Part shown: positions 47,257 to 57,768 of the stretch, in pieces
Numbering within the stretch: position 1 is the stretch's first letter
Layout of the letters: every line of letters starts with the position of its first letter
IMG/VR virus record: IMGVR_UViG_3300020473_000013
Location: 124,001 to 188,000 of that record
Reading direction: 5' to 3' (one strand)
DNA: 64,000 nt
The notes under the pieces: model-generated
The model's database searches: none
The model's input: the letters and a program-made list of their open reading frames with translations, nothing else
What the model was told of the DNA's origin: nothing
Translations under genes and position numbers: made by a program

Positions 47257-47775
47257 ATGAAATTCATATCTAGCCTGTTGGACGCGCTACTCGGTAAACC
47301 CTTCTCCGTACGGGATGAGCCGGACCTGAGCCCTATTAAGGATGCTTCCAAGCTGCTTCGCGCTGTCGATCCGTATATTGAAGGTATGCGCGAAGAGGTT
47401 GAGGTGTGCGGTTCATCCGGCTGGATTTCCATCGAGTCAGAAGGTCTAATCGAGTCCAGACTCGTTAAGTACGGTCCATCCGCAGCTATGATGACAGGTA
47501 CCGCTCTTGAATGTCGCACTCGACGCGGTACGCGCTTCGACCGTCTCTGCGTTTCATGGTTTGACCTCATACACCACTACGGTCGCAGCCTTGTAACGGA
47601 CGACGGTCCAAATCCTGCCGACTTGAAAGGTTCGACGGCTACCCTTCTGGGTGTGTTTCCGCAGGTCGAGACACATGAAGTTATATCGTACCGAGAGACG
47701 CAGGTCGGCCAGTTAGTTTCTAAGCCGACAGGATTCATCAAGTGGTTGTTCGTCTATGACTGCTCTATAACATGA
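47257..47775 (+). CDS. hypothetical protein
   Basis: 172 aa from ATG 47257; AAGGA RBS. Confidence 0.6.
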   Translation: MKFISSLLDALLGKPFSVRDEPDLSPIKDASKLLRAVDPYIEGMREEVEVCGSSGWISIESEGLIESRLVKYGPSAAMMTGTALECRTRRGTRFDRLCVSWFDLIHHYGRSLVTDDGPNPADLKGSTATLLGVFPQVETHEVISYRETQVGQLVSKPTGFIKWLFVYDCSIT

Positions 47776-48122
47776 GGCTTGGAGTAGTTGGCAGCCGGGA
47801 TTTCGGGGATGACGAGCTTGTTTGGAGCACGCTCGACTGGGTTCATGCTACATACGGTATCACCGAAATAATCTCCGGAGGTGCCCGCGGTCCAGATCGC
47901 GAGTCCGTGCGCTGGGCTAAAGCCAACAACATTCCTGTGACCGAGCACCTTGCGGACTGGGAAAAGCATGGACGGGCGGCTGGATACATTCGTAACCATG
48001 ACATCGTGACGGATAGCGAGCGGATACTAGCCTTCTGGGATGGGGTTTCCAAAGGTACGTACCATTCAATCACTCTGGCTCGCCGACACAAAATACCCCG
48101 TAAGATTATCTACCCTTTATAA
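47772..48122 (+). CDS. SLOG-family (YspA/DUF2493-like) protein
   Basis: VVGSRDF, ISGGARGPD, ADWEKHGRAAGYIRN, FWDGVSKGT. Confidence 0.85.
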   Translation: MRLGVVGSRDFGDDELVWSTLDWVHATYGITEIISGGARGPDRESVRWAKANNIPVTEHLADWEKHGRAAGYIRNHDIVTDSERILAFWDGVSKGTYHSITLARRHKIPRKIIYPL

Positions 48123-48132
48123 GGATACCTAT

Positions 48133-49011
48133 ATGGTACCCCAACATGCTCAACTACCCGTGCCGACTTTCCTTCCTGTGCTCTACGCGGGCGATCCGGA
48201 CTACGAGAAGACCCTCGACGACCGTATCGCCGAGACGTCCGCTAAGATGGAAAGTCTGCGTGCGAAGCGTAAAAGCATCGAGAACGAAATGGAGCGCGTG
48301 TCTATGTTGTACCGCGCTCAGTTTCCTAATGTCGCCCAAGGCATCATTGCTGCCGACGAGGAGATCGCAGAGGCTCAGACCGAACTCATGCTCCTTCTCG
48401 GCAATCCTGAAGGCGATGAGAGCGCTCCCGAAGGCGAAGAAGATGAACAACCGGAAGACGTATCGCACGACGAGAAGAAAGCGCGCAAGGCACGAAAGCG
48501 TAACTCCAAGGACATCTACGGCAAAATTTGTAACCTGTGCCACCCCGACAAGAACAAGGGTCTGGAACAGGACCGTCTGGATGAGCTTACCGAGCTGTTT
48601 ATCGAAGCGACCGATGCTTACAAGGCTCGCAACCTCGAACGCCTGATTGAGATTTACGCTACCGTCATGGCGCTCCGCTCTGGCAAGTCCGACCATGAGA
48701 TTGCCGAGGAGAAGCGCAAGCGCCTGGAGTACCTTCTGGACACGGTGGAAGGTCAGCAGCGGCAGATCGATCAACTGCGTGAGCACGTCGTCTACCACGT
48801 CATGGAGCTTCACAACTCTGGCAACCGTGGTCGCGCCAAGTCTATTTACGGTCAGGTGTTCCGGCACATGCTGCAGGAGCGTCACAGTATGCTCAACGGC
48901 ATCCGCTCGGAAATCGCCAAGATCAAGCGTATGCGCAATGGTGACCCGGAGCCGCCTCCCGGCCCTGACGGCTATGAGTTCACAGTCTCATTCAACTACG
49001 GAGATACCTGA
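48133..49011 (+). CDS. J-domain (DnaJ-like) coiled-coil protein
   Basis: IYGKICNLCHPDKN...LF.....AY J-domain pattern. Confidence 0.75.
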   Translation: MVPQHAQLPVPTFLPVLYAGDPDYEKTLDDRIAETSAKMESLRAKRKSIENEMERVSMLYRAQFPNVAQGIIAADEEIAEAQTELMLLLGNPEGDESAPEGEEDEQPEDVSHDEKKARKARKRNSKDIYGKICNLCHPDKNKGLEQDRLDELTELFIEATDAYKARNLERLIEIYATVMALRSGKSDHEIAEEKRKRLEYLLDTVEGQQRQIDQLREHVVYHVMELHNSGNRGRAKSIYGQVFRHMLQERHSMLNGIRSEIAKIKRMRNGDPEPPPGPDGYEFTVSFNYGDT

Positions 49012-49694
49012 TGGAAATGGTTAAGCACGACCGCCTTGTTCTGTGTTCTGATACGCTGTCCATCTCGCAGTACAAACGCATTCTGGATGTCATTCAGGAC
49101 CAACACCCGTTCGCCGACATCCATGGCGCCAACGTCAAGTACATCGACTCCGAGGTGACGATTACCACCGTCAAGGACACGCGAGATTCCTCCGCCTTCA
49201 CCGTAAAGATCGGGATGCGCGCTCTCGGTGACTCCGTCGTGTTCTCTCAAGGCTCTCAGGAGCTCTTGGATATGATGGAGGAGAATCCCGGCGAGGACCC
49301 GTATCATCAGCGCGAGTACAGCGGCAAGTCGATGTTCGAGACGATCACCGAGTACCTGGAGCGCAACGGTAGCAATCGCAAGGCTTTCTCTGCCTCGTCT
49401 ATCGGTCGCCTGAAAGGAGCCAAGTGCATCTTCGGTGCTTATAGCGGTAAGTATCACATGCACGACATCTTCCCAGGGTTCGCGGCCTTCTTGTCTGTTC
49501 GCCACGCGAAGTCAACCCATCTGTTCGAGCTGTATCGGGATGATGAGCTTACAGGGTATCTGGCGTTCGACAACGATACGCGGGATGCCTTGATCTTCAA
49601 CACCGACCAGCAACTGATATTCGCTGGTCGTCTGGAATGTCTCGATGACATGCTCACCGCGCTGCGCCTCGTAGGCGTTCGCACCTCGTATTAA
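49011..49694 (+). CDS. hypothetical protein
   Basis: 227 aa; TGATG coupling. Confidence 0.7.
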   Translation: MEMVKHDRLVLCSDTLSISQYKRILDVIQDQHPFADIHGANVKYIDSEVTITTVKDTRDSSAFTVKIGMRALGDSVVFSQGSQELLDMMEENPGEDPYHQREYSGKSMFETITEYLERNGSNRKAFSASSIGRLKGAKCIFGAYSGKYHMHDIFPGFAAFLSVRHAKSTHLFELYRDDELTGYLAFDNDTRDALIFNTDQQLIFAGRLECLDDMLTALRLVGVRTSY

Positions 49695-49703
49695 GGACTC
49701 CTC

Positions 49704-50285
49704 ATGAGCCGTACCGTAGCAACCATTGATCTGGAGAGTATGTCTCTCCGTACCGATGCTGTGATCGTATCCGTCGGTGTTGTGTTCTTCGATCTGGAGG
49801 AAGTGGACACGTTCGAGGACCTCCTTAAGCGAGGTACAATCTTGTACGTCAGTGCTGAGGAGCAAGCCAAGAATGGAGGGCGGCGAGCTGACTCTGACAC
49901 GCTGGATTGGTGGCGCAAGCGTCCGGAAGACGTGCAGGACCAGTTGAGCCATAAGGGCGTGTCGCCTGCAATGTTGGCTGACCTGATGACTCAGATGATG
50001 TGGGCCAACAATACGAAGCGCAACAACACCCGCTGGTACGCCCGCGGCCCTCAGTTTGACATTGCCAAGCTGGAAGACCTGTTCTGGCAGTTCGAGGTTA
50101 CCAGCCCTTGGCATTACCGCAAGCCTCGGTGCTCCCGCACATTCTTAGAGGAGCACGGCGTCGAGGATGATGGCAAGATCGCGTTTCCTGCAGGAATGAT
50201 TCCGCATAACGCTCTCCATGACGCTGCGTTCGAGGCTTTCATGATGCAACGCGCCTACAACGGCGTCCCGATGATCGTTAACTAG
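49704..50285 (+). CDS. DEDDh 3'-5' exonuclease (DexA/RNase AS-like)
   Basis: IDLES, TLDWW, RGPQFD, HNALHDA. Confidence 0.85.
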   Translation: MSRTVATIDLESMSLRTDAVIVSVGVVFFDLEEVDTFEDLLKRGTILYVSAEEQAKNGGRRADSDTLDWWRKRPEDVQDQLSHKGVSPAMLADLMTQMMWANNTKRNNTRWYARGPQFDIAKLEDLFWQFEVTSPWHYRKPRCSRTFLEEHGVEDDGKIAFPAGMIPHNALHDAAFEAFMMQRAYNGVPMIVN

Positions 50286-50294
50286 GAGTCTACC

Positions 50295-50651
50295 ATGCCC
50301 AACACTACCGCGCCCGGCACTTCTCGCTCTGTTGGTGTTCTGTCCGAGGGAGTTCGAGGCGGAGCCGCTCCGGTCGATGATAACGACCCTCGCAATGTCG
50401 TCAATGCGTCCTCCTATCAGGAGTTAGAAGCCCTTCTCGTGGACATCGCTGAACTCGAAGATCAGCTCGGCCATCTGGAGACAAAACTGGGCCCGATCCT
50501 CAATCCTGCTCTGACGGGTGTTGGTGAAGGTACGAACTCCGATAAGCGCGAGGAGACTAGCGTGATGCGTGAGCGTATTCGCGGCGGTCGGGCACACGTG
50601 GAGCGCCTGTCCGGCATCCTGGGCGACATCCGCCGCCGTATCGACCTGTAA
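50295..50651 (+). CDS. hypothetical coiled-coil protein
   Basis: 118 aa; AGGAG RBS. Confidence 0.65.
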   Translation: MPNTTAPGTSRSVGVLSEGVRGGAAPVDDNDPRNVVNASSYQELEALLVDIAELEDQLGHLETKLGPILNPALTGVGEGTNSDKREETSVMRERIRGGRAHVERLSGILGDIRRRIDL

Positions 50652-50690
50652 CACTCTGTCCTTTTGTTCCCGAAATTCCCTGCGTGATTT

Positions 50691-50722
50691 GGCACCTTCA
50701 GGCAACTGTCGGTGCCTTTTTT
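50691..50722 (+). terminator. intrinsic terminator
   Basis: GGCACC...GGTGCC followed by T6. Confidence 0.75.
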
Positions 50723-50757
50723 GTGTCTACGGTCCTCAGTCCAACCTACTCACAATA

Positions 50758-50763
50758 TAATTT
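50758..50763 (+). promoter_or_regulatory. putative late promoter core TAATTT
   Basis: CTCACAATATAATTT between the terminator and the tail sheath gene. Confidence 0.55.
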
Positions 50764-50841
50764 AGAGCGTGGTGTCTGAGACGAAACTGGCCGAGTTTCG
50801 ATAACGACCATCTATAAGAAACGCTAGAAGGAGTTTCGAGA

Positions 50842-52473
50842 ATGAATACAGTGTACCCCAGCGCGGGCGTGTACCCCAATGAGACGGACCTGTCTCAGCG
50901 CGTCGCCGCGGTGTCCACCAGCATCGGAGCTATCATCGGTGCTGCACGGAAAGGCCCTGTTGGCAAGCGCGTCCTGATTACTGACACCGCTGAGCTTTCC
51001 CAGACGTTCGGTGATCCCAGCGCCCGTTGGTATCAATACATGATGTACTGTGCCGACGCATTCATCCGCAAGAGCAACCAGCTCTATGTCACCCGTGTGG
51101 TAAACGGCGCGCTTACCGCCGGTGCCTACCTGACTGTGGACGACCCGCAGGCTTCGACCCCGATCATGTCACTGACCAATTTCGATGACGGATCGAACAA
51201 CCCGCAAGGCGTGGACGACCCGATGAACAATCTGGCGTTCTCTGCCGAGCAGGCGGATTTGGAGAGCACCATGCTTTTCATCTGCGCTGATAACCCCGGC
51301 GAGTGGAACAACAAGATTTCTGTTCGTATCGTGCCTTCCAACCCCAAGGGCCTGCCTGTCGGCGAAGGGCACGATCCTCACCATTTCTACATCGAGGTGT
51401 ACTACGACTACACAGGTCCTAACAACCTGCCGGTCGAGAAGTTCCTCGTCAGCCGCCGTCAGGGTGAAGTGGACGGTGCCGGCCGTGCCTTGTTCGTCGA
51501 GGACGTGGTGAACAGCGGAAGTCGCTACATCAAGGTGCGCAACAACGCGCAGTGTCCCGAGTACGGCGTCTACAACACCGTGTTCGAGTTCCTGGCAGGA
51601 GGTACCGACGGCGACCCTGTTACCCACGATCAGGTGGCCGAAGCATGGTCCCTGTATGAGGACCCGGAAGAGATCGACGTTAACATCCTGATCAACGGAG
51701 GCTACGCTTCTCCGACGGTGCACCGCACCATGATCGCTCTAGCTGAAGGGCGTGGTGATGCGACTGCTGTTCTGGATATGCCCGACGAGTATTACGAGGT
51801 GGCGGATGCTGTGAACTACCGCCGTAACGACCTCAACGTCAATTCCAGCTACGGTGCTATCTACGGTCCTTGGGTGCAGATTCGGGATACGGCGAACAAC
51901 AAGAAGATTTTTGTTCCGCCTTCTGGTCTGGTTGCCGGAGCCTATGCTGCTACCGACAGCAACCGTGCTCTCTGGTTCGCGCCTGCTGGTCTGAGTCGTG
52001 GCGGCCTGTCCGTGCTGGGCATCCGCAAGAAGTACAATCAGGGTTCACGCGATGCTCTGGACCGTGCGCAGATCAACCCGATCCGTTTCATGCCTGGTCG
52101 TGGCTATGTTGTCTGGGGACAGGAAACTCTCCAGTCTCACGCCAGCGCTCTGTCGAACGTCAACGTGCGCCGCCTCATCAACTACATCAAGAAGTCCGTC
52201 AGTACCGCGGCGAACGTTGGTGTGTTCGATCCGAACGATACATTCCTGCGTACCCGACTCAGCGGTATCGCTGAGAGCTTCCTGAAGCCTATTCGCAACG
52301 GTCGCGGCCTTTACTCGTTCGAGGTCATCTGCGACGAGAGGAACAATAAGGCTGACAACATCGCTAACGGCGACATCATTCTGGACATCTATGCTGATCC
52401 TGTGATTCCTGCCAAGCAGATTCACCTGACCGCTCACGTCCAGCCCACAGGTTCTACTTTCGAGGGCGGATAA
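50842..52473 (+). CDS. contractile tail sheath protein
   Basis: PSAGVYPNETDLS, GAARKGP, NPGEWNN, VPPSG, WFAPAG..RG, INPI, VVWGQETL, VNVRRL, FDPND. Confidence 0.95.
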   Translation: MNTVYPSAGVYPNETDLSQRVAAVSTSIGAIIGAARKGPVGKRVLITDTAELSQTFGDPSARWYQYMMYCADAFIRKSNQLYVTRVVNGALTAGAYLTVDDPQASTPIMSLTNFDDGSNNPQGVDDPMNNLAFSAEQADLESTMLFICADNPGEWNNKISVRIVPSNPKGLPVGEGHDPHHFYIEVYYDYTGPNNLPVEKFLVSRRQGEVDGAGRALFVEDVVNSGSRYIKVRNNAQCPEYGVYNTVFEFLAGGTDGDPVTHDQVAEAWSLYEDPEEIDVNILINGGYASPTVHRTMIALAEGRGDATAVLDMPDEYYEVADAVNYRRNDLNVNSSYGAIYGPWVQIRDTANNKKIFVPPSGLVAGAYAATDSNRALWFAPAGLSRGGLSVLGIRKKYNQGSRDALDRAQINPIRFMPGRGYVVWGQETLQSHASALSNVNVRRLINYIKKSVSTAANVGVFDPNDTFLRTRLSGIAESFLKPIRNGRGLYSFEVICDERNNKADNIANGDIILDIYADPVIPAKQIHLTAHVQPTGSTFEGG

Positions 52474-52502
52474 TCGTCCTCCCTCTATCTGAGGAAAGCA
52501 AC

Positions 52503-52616
52503 GTGACCGATATCCAACGACTGACACGGGCGGCAACCATCGCCCGTTCGGTATCCACTCTCCTCGACCAGTGCTATCAAGCGCACGTCGTGGCAGCAAA
52601 TCAAACGCGAGGCTAA
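52503..52616 (+). CDS. possible small protein (37 aa)
   Basis: GTG start with GAGGA RBS; fills the gap after the sheath gene. Confidence 0.3.
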   Translation: MTDIQRLTRAATIARSVSTLLDQCYQAHVVAANQTRG

Positions 52617-52618
52617 TC

Positions 52619-53257
52619 ATGGAACTTCGACTGCAAAATCTCATCGAGGACTTCGAGCGCGTATCCAACGTCCGGAACCTCGACGAGAACAACCCGATCG
52701 TGATGCGGCTCAGTCACCCGACCAACGCCTCGGTGCATGTCATCGTGTGCGCGCTGACCGAGCCCGAAACTCTGGTGCTCCCGCTGAACGTCACGTGGTT
52801 CGTGTACGATCCGCTGCACAAGTTCTACCGCCAGGCTCTCCGCCGTAAGAGCAAGGACTCCGATCCTACAGGTGAGTTCTCCCATACGTGGGAGCGCGTC
52901 GAAACCTACGATGAAGTGTTCGTCGATCAGTATTATGACGCTGACGATACGGACAAGCTCAGCGATAACTCAGGTCCTGACGTTGCTCAGCCTTCCGTGC
53001 TTGGCATCGCGCGTCTGTCCGTTGAAGCCGAGGTAGCGTCCAATCCTGTCGTCGTTGCCGAAGGTGACCCTCGCCTGAGCGATGCACGCGAACCTCTGGC
53101 CCACACGCACCCGGAACGTCCCGCTCGACAGCTTCGCACTTCCGAAGGTGTTGTCACCATCGAAGGTTCCGCCGAGCCTGTGACTGGTGCCGTCCTCGTA
53201 GCAACGGGACCCAACACCGCTGAGTGGCGCAAGCTCCGCACTTCCGACATCCGCTGA
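52619..53257 (+). CDS. virion fibre-anchor protein, paralogue of the N-terminus of the next gene
   Basis: LPLNVTW..DP....YR.ALRR and PVVV...D.R.S..R.PL.H.HP shared with 53272..57768. Confidence 0.7.
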   Translation: MELRLQNLIEDFERVSNVRNLDENNPIVMRLSHPTNASVHVIVCALTEPETLVLPLNVTWFVYDPLHKFYRQALRRKSKDSDPTGEFSHTWERVETYDEVFVDQYYDADDTDKLSDNSGPDVAQPSVLGIARLSVEAEVASNPVVVAEGDPRLSDAREPLAHTHPERPARQLRTSEGVVTIEGSAEPVTGAVLVATGPNTAEWRKLRTSDIR

Positions 53258-53271
53258 TAAGGGAGCATCCC

Positions 53272-56200
53272 ATGAATCGACTGGAACAATTCGTCGATCG
53301 GTTGATGGCGGTTGCCGATAAGCGTAACCTCGCTTACGAAAACCCCGTCACCATTATGATCGACGTAGGCCAGGAGCAGTTTTACGTGGTGGTCAGCCAT
53401 GCTGAACCTAACCACGTGACTCTGCCTCTAAACGTCACATGGATCGTAGCCGATCCCGAAAGCCCGAACTACCGCAAGGCCCTGCGCCGTGCTTCCGCTC
53501 TACCGTTCGATGGACTGCGTAACACCTGGGCGGAGCTTCGTACCTACGAAGACTTCACCGAGGAACTCCAGTTCTGGGACCTGAGCGCCACCTTCCAGTT
53601 CGGTGAGATTCAGGTTCCCGGCGTCAAGGAGGCCACTCCTACCCGTCGCGGTCTGTTCTCTCTGAATCGCGAAGCTGGTGACCCTGACGATCCTGTCGTG
53701 GTAGGTGACAACGACGAGCGCATGTCCAATCCGCGCCAGCCGCTCCCTCACCAACATCCCCTGCTTCCGAGCACCATGCTGGCAGGCAGCACAGGCATCA
53801 ACGAGTTCTACGTCATCATCAGCGAAGGAGGTAGTCCCGCCGAAGGTCAGATTCTCTGTTTGACCGAGCCTGGGGATGAAGAAGGTGAATGGAACGGTAT
53901 CTGGCGCTACCCGACTGCGGCTGACATCGTGTATGACGGTCCGACGGTTCAAGAAATCGTTATCAACGGCCCCGCCGACGATCAAGTCGAAGAGGGTACT
54001 CCTGTTCCGTTCACGGCTACCGCCGTGTTTACCGACGGTTCAACCATCGAGTCTATCGCTGCGGAGTGGGAGATCATCGCCAATACTGGTGCAGGTACGA
54101 TCAGCACCAGCACAGGTGTCTTCACCTCAGCGGACGTGTCAGGTGATCAGGTCGTCCGTATCCGAGCCTCCTGGGTTCACGAGGAGAGCGGCGAGCAGCA
54201 TCAGGGTACCTACGACCTTACCGTGATCGACACCACGGTCGTGGCCGTGCTGGAGCGTATTGAACTCTCGGGTGTTGATTCCATCGACGAAGGTGGCAAC
54301 ACTTCCCAGTTCACCGTCACCGCGTTCTACGATGACGGCTCCAGCCGCGGTGTTACGCCCACCACCTTCACTTCGAGCAACCTGTCCGCTGGTTCCTTGA
54401 ACAGCAGTACCGGTATGTTCACGAGTGCGGTGGATGTGGTGAACAACCAGACCACAACCCTGAACGCGACCTACACCGAGAACGGCGTAACCGTGTCCGA
54501 TGCTCTCGACCTCACCGTAGTGGACACCACGGTGTACCCGGAGAGCGCGGTCATTCAGGGCCCGGTCGTTGTCGCCGAGAACACCGAGGAAACATACGTC
54601 CTCGTCGTCACGTTTACCGACCAGACCTCCAGCCAGGTCGCGGTGTCCGACTGGGCTATCGACAATGCTAGCGCAGGTGTTATCGGGTCTTCCGACGGCG
54701 TACTTCAGGCCCCGACCAACCTCGACGCGGACGAGATCGCTACGATCAGCGCTAGCTTCACGTCCAATGGGCGTACCGTGAACGCCAGTTACGAAATCAC
54801 CGTGACTGACGAGACCGTGTACCCTGTCAATGCTACCGTCGTTGGTCCGAACCAGATCGACGAAGGTGAAGTGGTTACCTACCAACTCGAAGTCGAGTTC
54901 AGCGACGGTACCACCAGCTTCGTCTCCGTGTCCGACTGGTCTCATGATACTGCGTCCGCAGGTAGCATCGGTCCTTCCAGTGGTGAGTTCACCGCCTCGG
55001 AGGTTACCGCGAACACCGACACTGTCATCAGTGCTAGCTACACTCAGTCTGGTGACACCGTGTCGGACACTCTGACGCTGACCGTGCTCGATACCACGAA
55101 CTACCCGGTGTCTGCTCGCATTGTCGGCAACGCTACCATGGGCGAAGGCTCCACTCAGGACCTGGACCTCGAGGTCACCTACCAGGACAACACAACAGCT
55201 ATGGTTGTCGCCGATTCCTGGGTGAGCTCCGACGACACGCTACTCCCTGTATCAGCCATCGGTGAGGTCGTGGCTAAGGATGGTCTTCGCACTGACAGCT
55301 TTGCTACCATCACCGCCAACTACTCCGAGAACGGCGTCGACCTCGCACCGACTCTCACGATCACTGTGACTGACGATACCCTGTACCCGACAGGTGCTCA
55401 GATTCTCGGTCCTATCGTGGTCAACGAAGGTACCACTGTCGGTTACTCTCTCGAAGTCACCTACGAGGGTGGTGGGAAGCAGGTGGAGCCGGTCAATACC
55501 TTCGCAATCGACAACGCCTCAGCCGGCACCATTACTAACGATGGTCGTCTGTCTGCGCCTGCCGATGTGACCTCCGATGTTGCGACGCAAGTTAGCGCCA
55601 GCTTCACTCTCGACGGCACCACCGTCAGCGCTACTCTCGACATCACCGTGACGGACGACACCGTCTATCCTGCCAGCGCTCAGATTCTGGGTCCTGTTAG
55701 CATCGACGAGGAGACCGTTCACACCTACGAGCTGGAGGTTACCTACACAGATGCTACGAAGGGTGTCGTGACCGTAAGCGACTGGGACAGCAGCAACACC
55801 GCTGCCGCCACCATCGATACGTCCACGGGTCAGCTCACCGCGCTCAGCCTTGCGGAAGACGCGATGACCACCATCAGCGCCAGCTTCACTGAGAACGGCA
55901 CGACCGTTGGAGACACCATGGACATCACTGTCCGTGACGTTACCAACTACCCCGTCAGCGCCCAGATTCTCGGCGTTGCATCCGTTCCAGAGAACGGTAC
56001 CGCCACCTATGAACTGGAAGTTACGTTCAAGGACAGCACCGTTCAGAAGATGCCTGTTACCAACTGGGCTTCTTCCAACACCAACGCTGGTGTCATCAAC
56101 GCAACCACGGGCGCGTTCCAAGCGCGTGCTAACGTGACCGCTGACGTGAACACCACCATCAGCGCCAGCTACACTGCCTTTGGGCAGACTGTTAGCGACA

Positions 56201-57768
56201 CGCATCTGGTGACCGTGACCGACGAAACTGCGTACCCAGTGTCCGCAACCCTCAACGGTCCTGTCACTGTGGACGAGAACACCGACGCCCAGTACACTCT
56301 GCGCGTAGTGTTCGACGACAGCTCCGAGCGTGACGTGCCTGCCACTGACTGGGCTGTGGACAACCCTGCCGCAGGCTCCATCGTGGCAGACACTGGTGTG
56401 TTCAGTGCTGCCGAGAACGGTACTGGTGCCAACATCACTACCGTCGTGTCCGCTTCGTGGAATGTGGATGGCGTTGAAGTGTCCGACCAGAAGACTATCG
56501 GCGTTGTCGATACGACCGTGTACCTCGAATCCGCTGAGGTGCAGGGTGCTGGCTCTGTGGACGAGGGTGCTTCCGAGACGTACCAGCTTCGCGTCTTCTA
56601 CACCGATGGTTCCGACCGCGTGGTATCCGTCGAAGACTGGGGCATCGACAGCGGCGGCGCGTTCGCTACTATCGACCCGGTCACCGGCGTGCTCACCGCG
56701 GACGCCAACTTCATCGGCGACAAGACTGTGACCATCAGTGCGTCGTTCACCGAAGGCGGTATTACCGTCGGCGACAACCTGCTGATCAACCTGGCTGACG
56801 TGATCCTGCGTCCCATCAGCCTCGACATCAGCGGTCAGAACGAAATCGACGAGGGACAGTCCGACACCTACAGCGCAGTGGTGACTTACGATAACGGTTC
56901 CACCGCGTCTGTCTCCCTGACTGATTGGGCTACGGATAACGCTGCCGCTTCCATCGACGCCACAACTGGGGAGCTGACTGCGAATCAGGTGGACGCAGAT
57001 ACCGACGTGATCATCACCGGTTCCTACACGGAGAACGGTGCAACCGCGAACGGTTCGTTCACCATGCGCGTCATCGACGTGTACGCTGTCTCCGCCGCTA
57101 TCACTGGTCCGACGTCCGTACTGGAAGGCACCACCGCTCAGTACGAAATGAACGTGACTTTCAGCGACAGTTCCGTGGATACTCGCGCTATCAGCGACTG
57201 GGCTACCTCGGATGAGGCTGTGGCGACCATCGACGCTTCCACCGGCGAACTGACCGCCGTGATGCTCGATGCTGATACTCCTGTCACGATCAGTGGTTCG
57301 TATACCGAGAACGGCTACACGGTTAATGCGACGCTTGACATCACCGTGACCGACACTCCGCCTGTGACGCAGGCTCTGCCGAAGTGGGGCTACGCTCCGT
57401 ATGCTGGTCCTGATCTGACGGCCGCAGGCGACACCGTTCAGTCGTTCCTAGACGCTTTGCCTAGCGACATGCCGAGCGAGAGCAACGGCGAGGAGTTCAC
57501 CTACGACCTTCCGGATGGGAACACTTATGCGTACTTCGCGCATCCGAAGTCGCTGGGTCTCGCCACGTTCACCGACACGGCTAACAACTTCGCCGGTTCG
57601 TGGGACGGTGCTTCGTGGCAGAGCGATCTGTCCAACATGGACAACACCGGTCCGATCGAGGTGACCTACGACGATGGTTCTGGTCCGGCCCAGTGGTACG
57701 TATATCGTACTGATTGGCCTGGACCCAGCAACAATCCGTCCACCTTCCGGGTCGATTACGCGGGCTAA
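53272..57768 (+). CDS. large Ig-like (Big_2-type) repeat virion fibre protein
   Basis: 1498 aa; 12 tandem ~95-aa repeats starting YPxSAxIxGPxxVxE; T/V/D/S-rich. Confidence 0.85.
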   Translation: MNRLEQFVDRLMAVADKRNLAYENPVTIMIDVGQEQFYVVVSHAEPNHVTLPLNVTWIVADPESPNYRKALRRASALPFDGLRNTWAELRTYEDFTEELQFWDLSATFQFGEIQVPGVKEATPTRRGLFSLNREAGDPDDPVVVGDNDERMSNPRQPLPHQHPLLPSTMLAGSTGINEFYVIISEGGSPAEGQILCLTEPGDEEGEWNGIWRYPTAADIVYDGPTVQEIVINGPADDQVEEGTPVPFTATAVFTDGSTIESIAAEWEIIANTGAGTISTSTGVFTSADVSGDQVVRIRASWVHEESGEQHQGTYDLTVIDTTVVAVLERIELSGVDSIDEGGNTSQFTVTAFYDDGSSRGVTPTTFTSSNLSAGSLNSSTGMFTSAVDVVNNQTTTLNATYTENGVTVSDALDLTVVDTTVYPESAVIQGPVVVAENTEETYVLVVTFTDQTSSQVAVSDWAIDNASAGVIGSSDGVLQAPTNLDADEIATISASFTSNGRTVNASYEITVTDETVYPVNATVVGPNQIDEGEVVTYQLEVEFSDGTTSFVSVSDWSHDTASAGSIGPSSGEFTASEVTANTDTVISASYTQSGDTVSDTLTLTVLDTTNYPVSARIVGNATMGEGSTQDLDLEVTYQDNTTAMVVADSWVSSDDTLLPVSAIGEVVAKDGLRTDSFATITANYSENGVDLAPTLTITVTDDTLYPTGAQILGPIVVNEGTTVGYSLEVTYEGGGKQVEPVNTFAIDNASAGTITNDGRLSAPADVTSDVATQVSASFTLDGTTVSATLDITVTDDTVYPASAQILGPVSIDEETVHTYELEVTYTDATKGVVTVSDWDSSNTAAATIDTSTGQLTALSLAEDAMTTISASFTENGTTVGDTMDITVRDVTNYPVSAQILGVASVPENGTATYELEVTFKDSTVQKMPVTNWASSNTNAGVINATTGAFQARANVTADVNTTISASYTAFGQTVSDTHLVTVTDETAYPVSATLNGPVTVDENTDAQYTLRVVFDDSSERDVPATDWAVDNPAAGSIVADTGVFSAAENGTGANITTVVSASWNVDGVEVSDQKTIGVVDTTVYLESAEVQGAGSVDEGASETYQLRVFYTDGSDRVVSVEDWGIDSGGAFATIDPVTGVLTADANFIGDKTVTISASFTEGGITVGDNLLINLADVILRPISLDISGQNEIDEGQSDTYSAVVTYDNGSTASVSLTDWATDNAAASIDATTGELTANQVDADTDVIITGSYTENGATANGSFTMRVIDVYAVSAAITGPTSVLEGTTAQYEMNVTFSDSSVDTRAISDWATSDEAVATIDASTGELTAVMLDADTPVTISGSYTENGYTVNATLDITVTDTPPVTQALPKWGYAPYAGPDLTAAGDTVQSFLDALPSDMPSESNGEEFTYDLPDGNTYAYFAHPKSLGLATFTDTANNFAGSWDGASWQSDLSNMDNTGPIEVTYDDGSGPAQWYVYRTDWPGPSNNPSTFRVDYAG

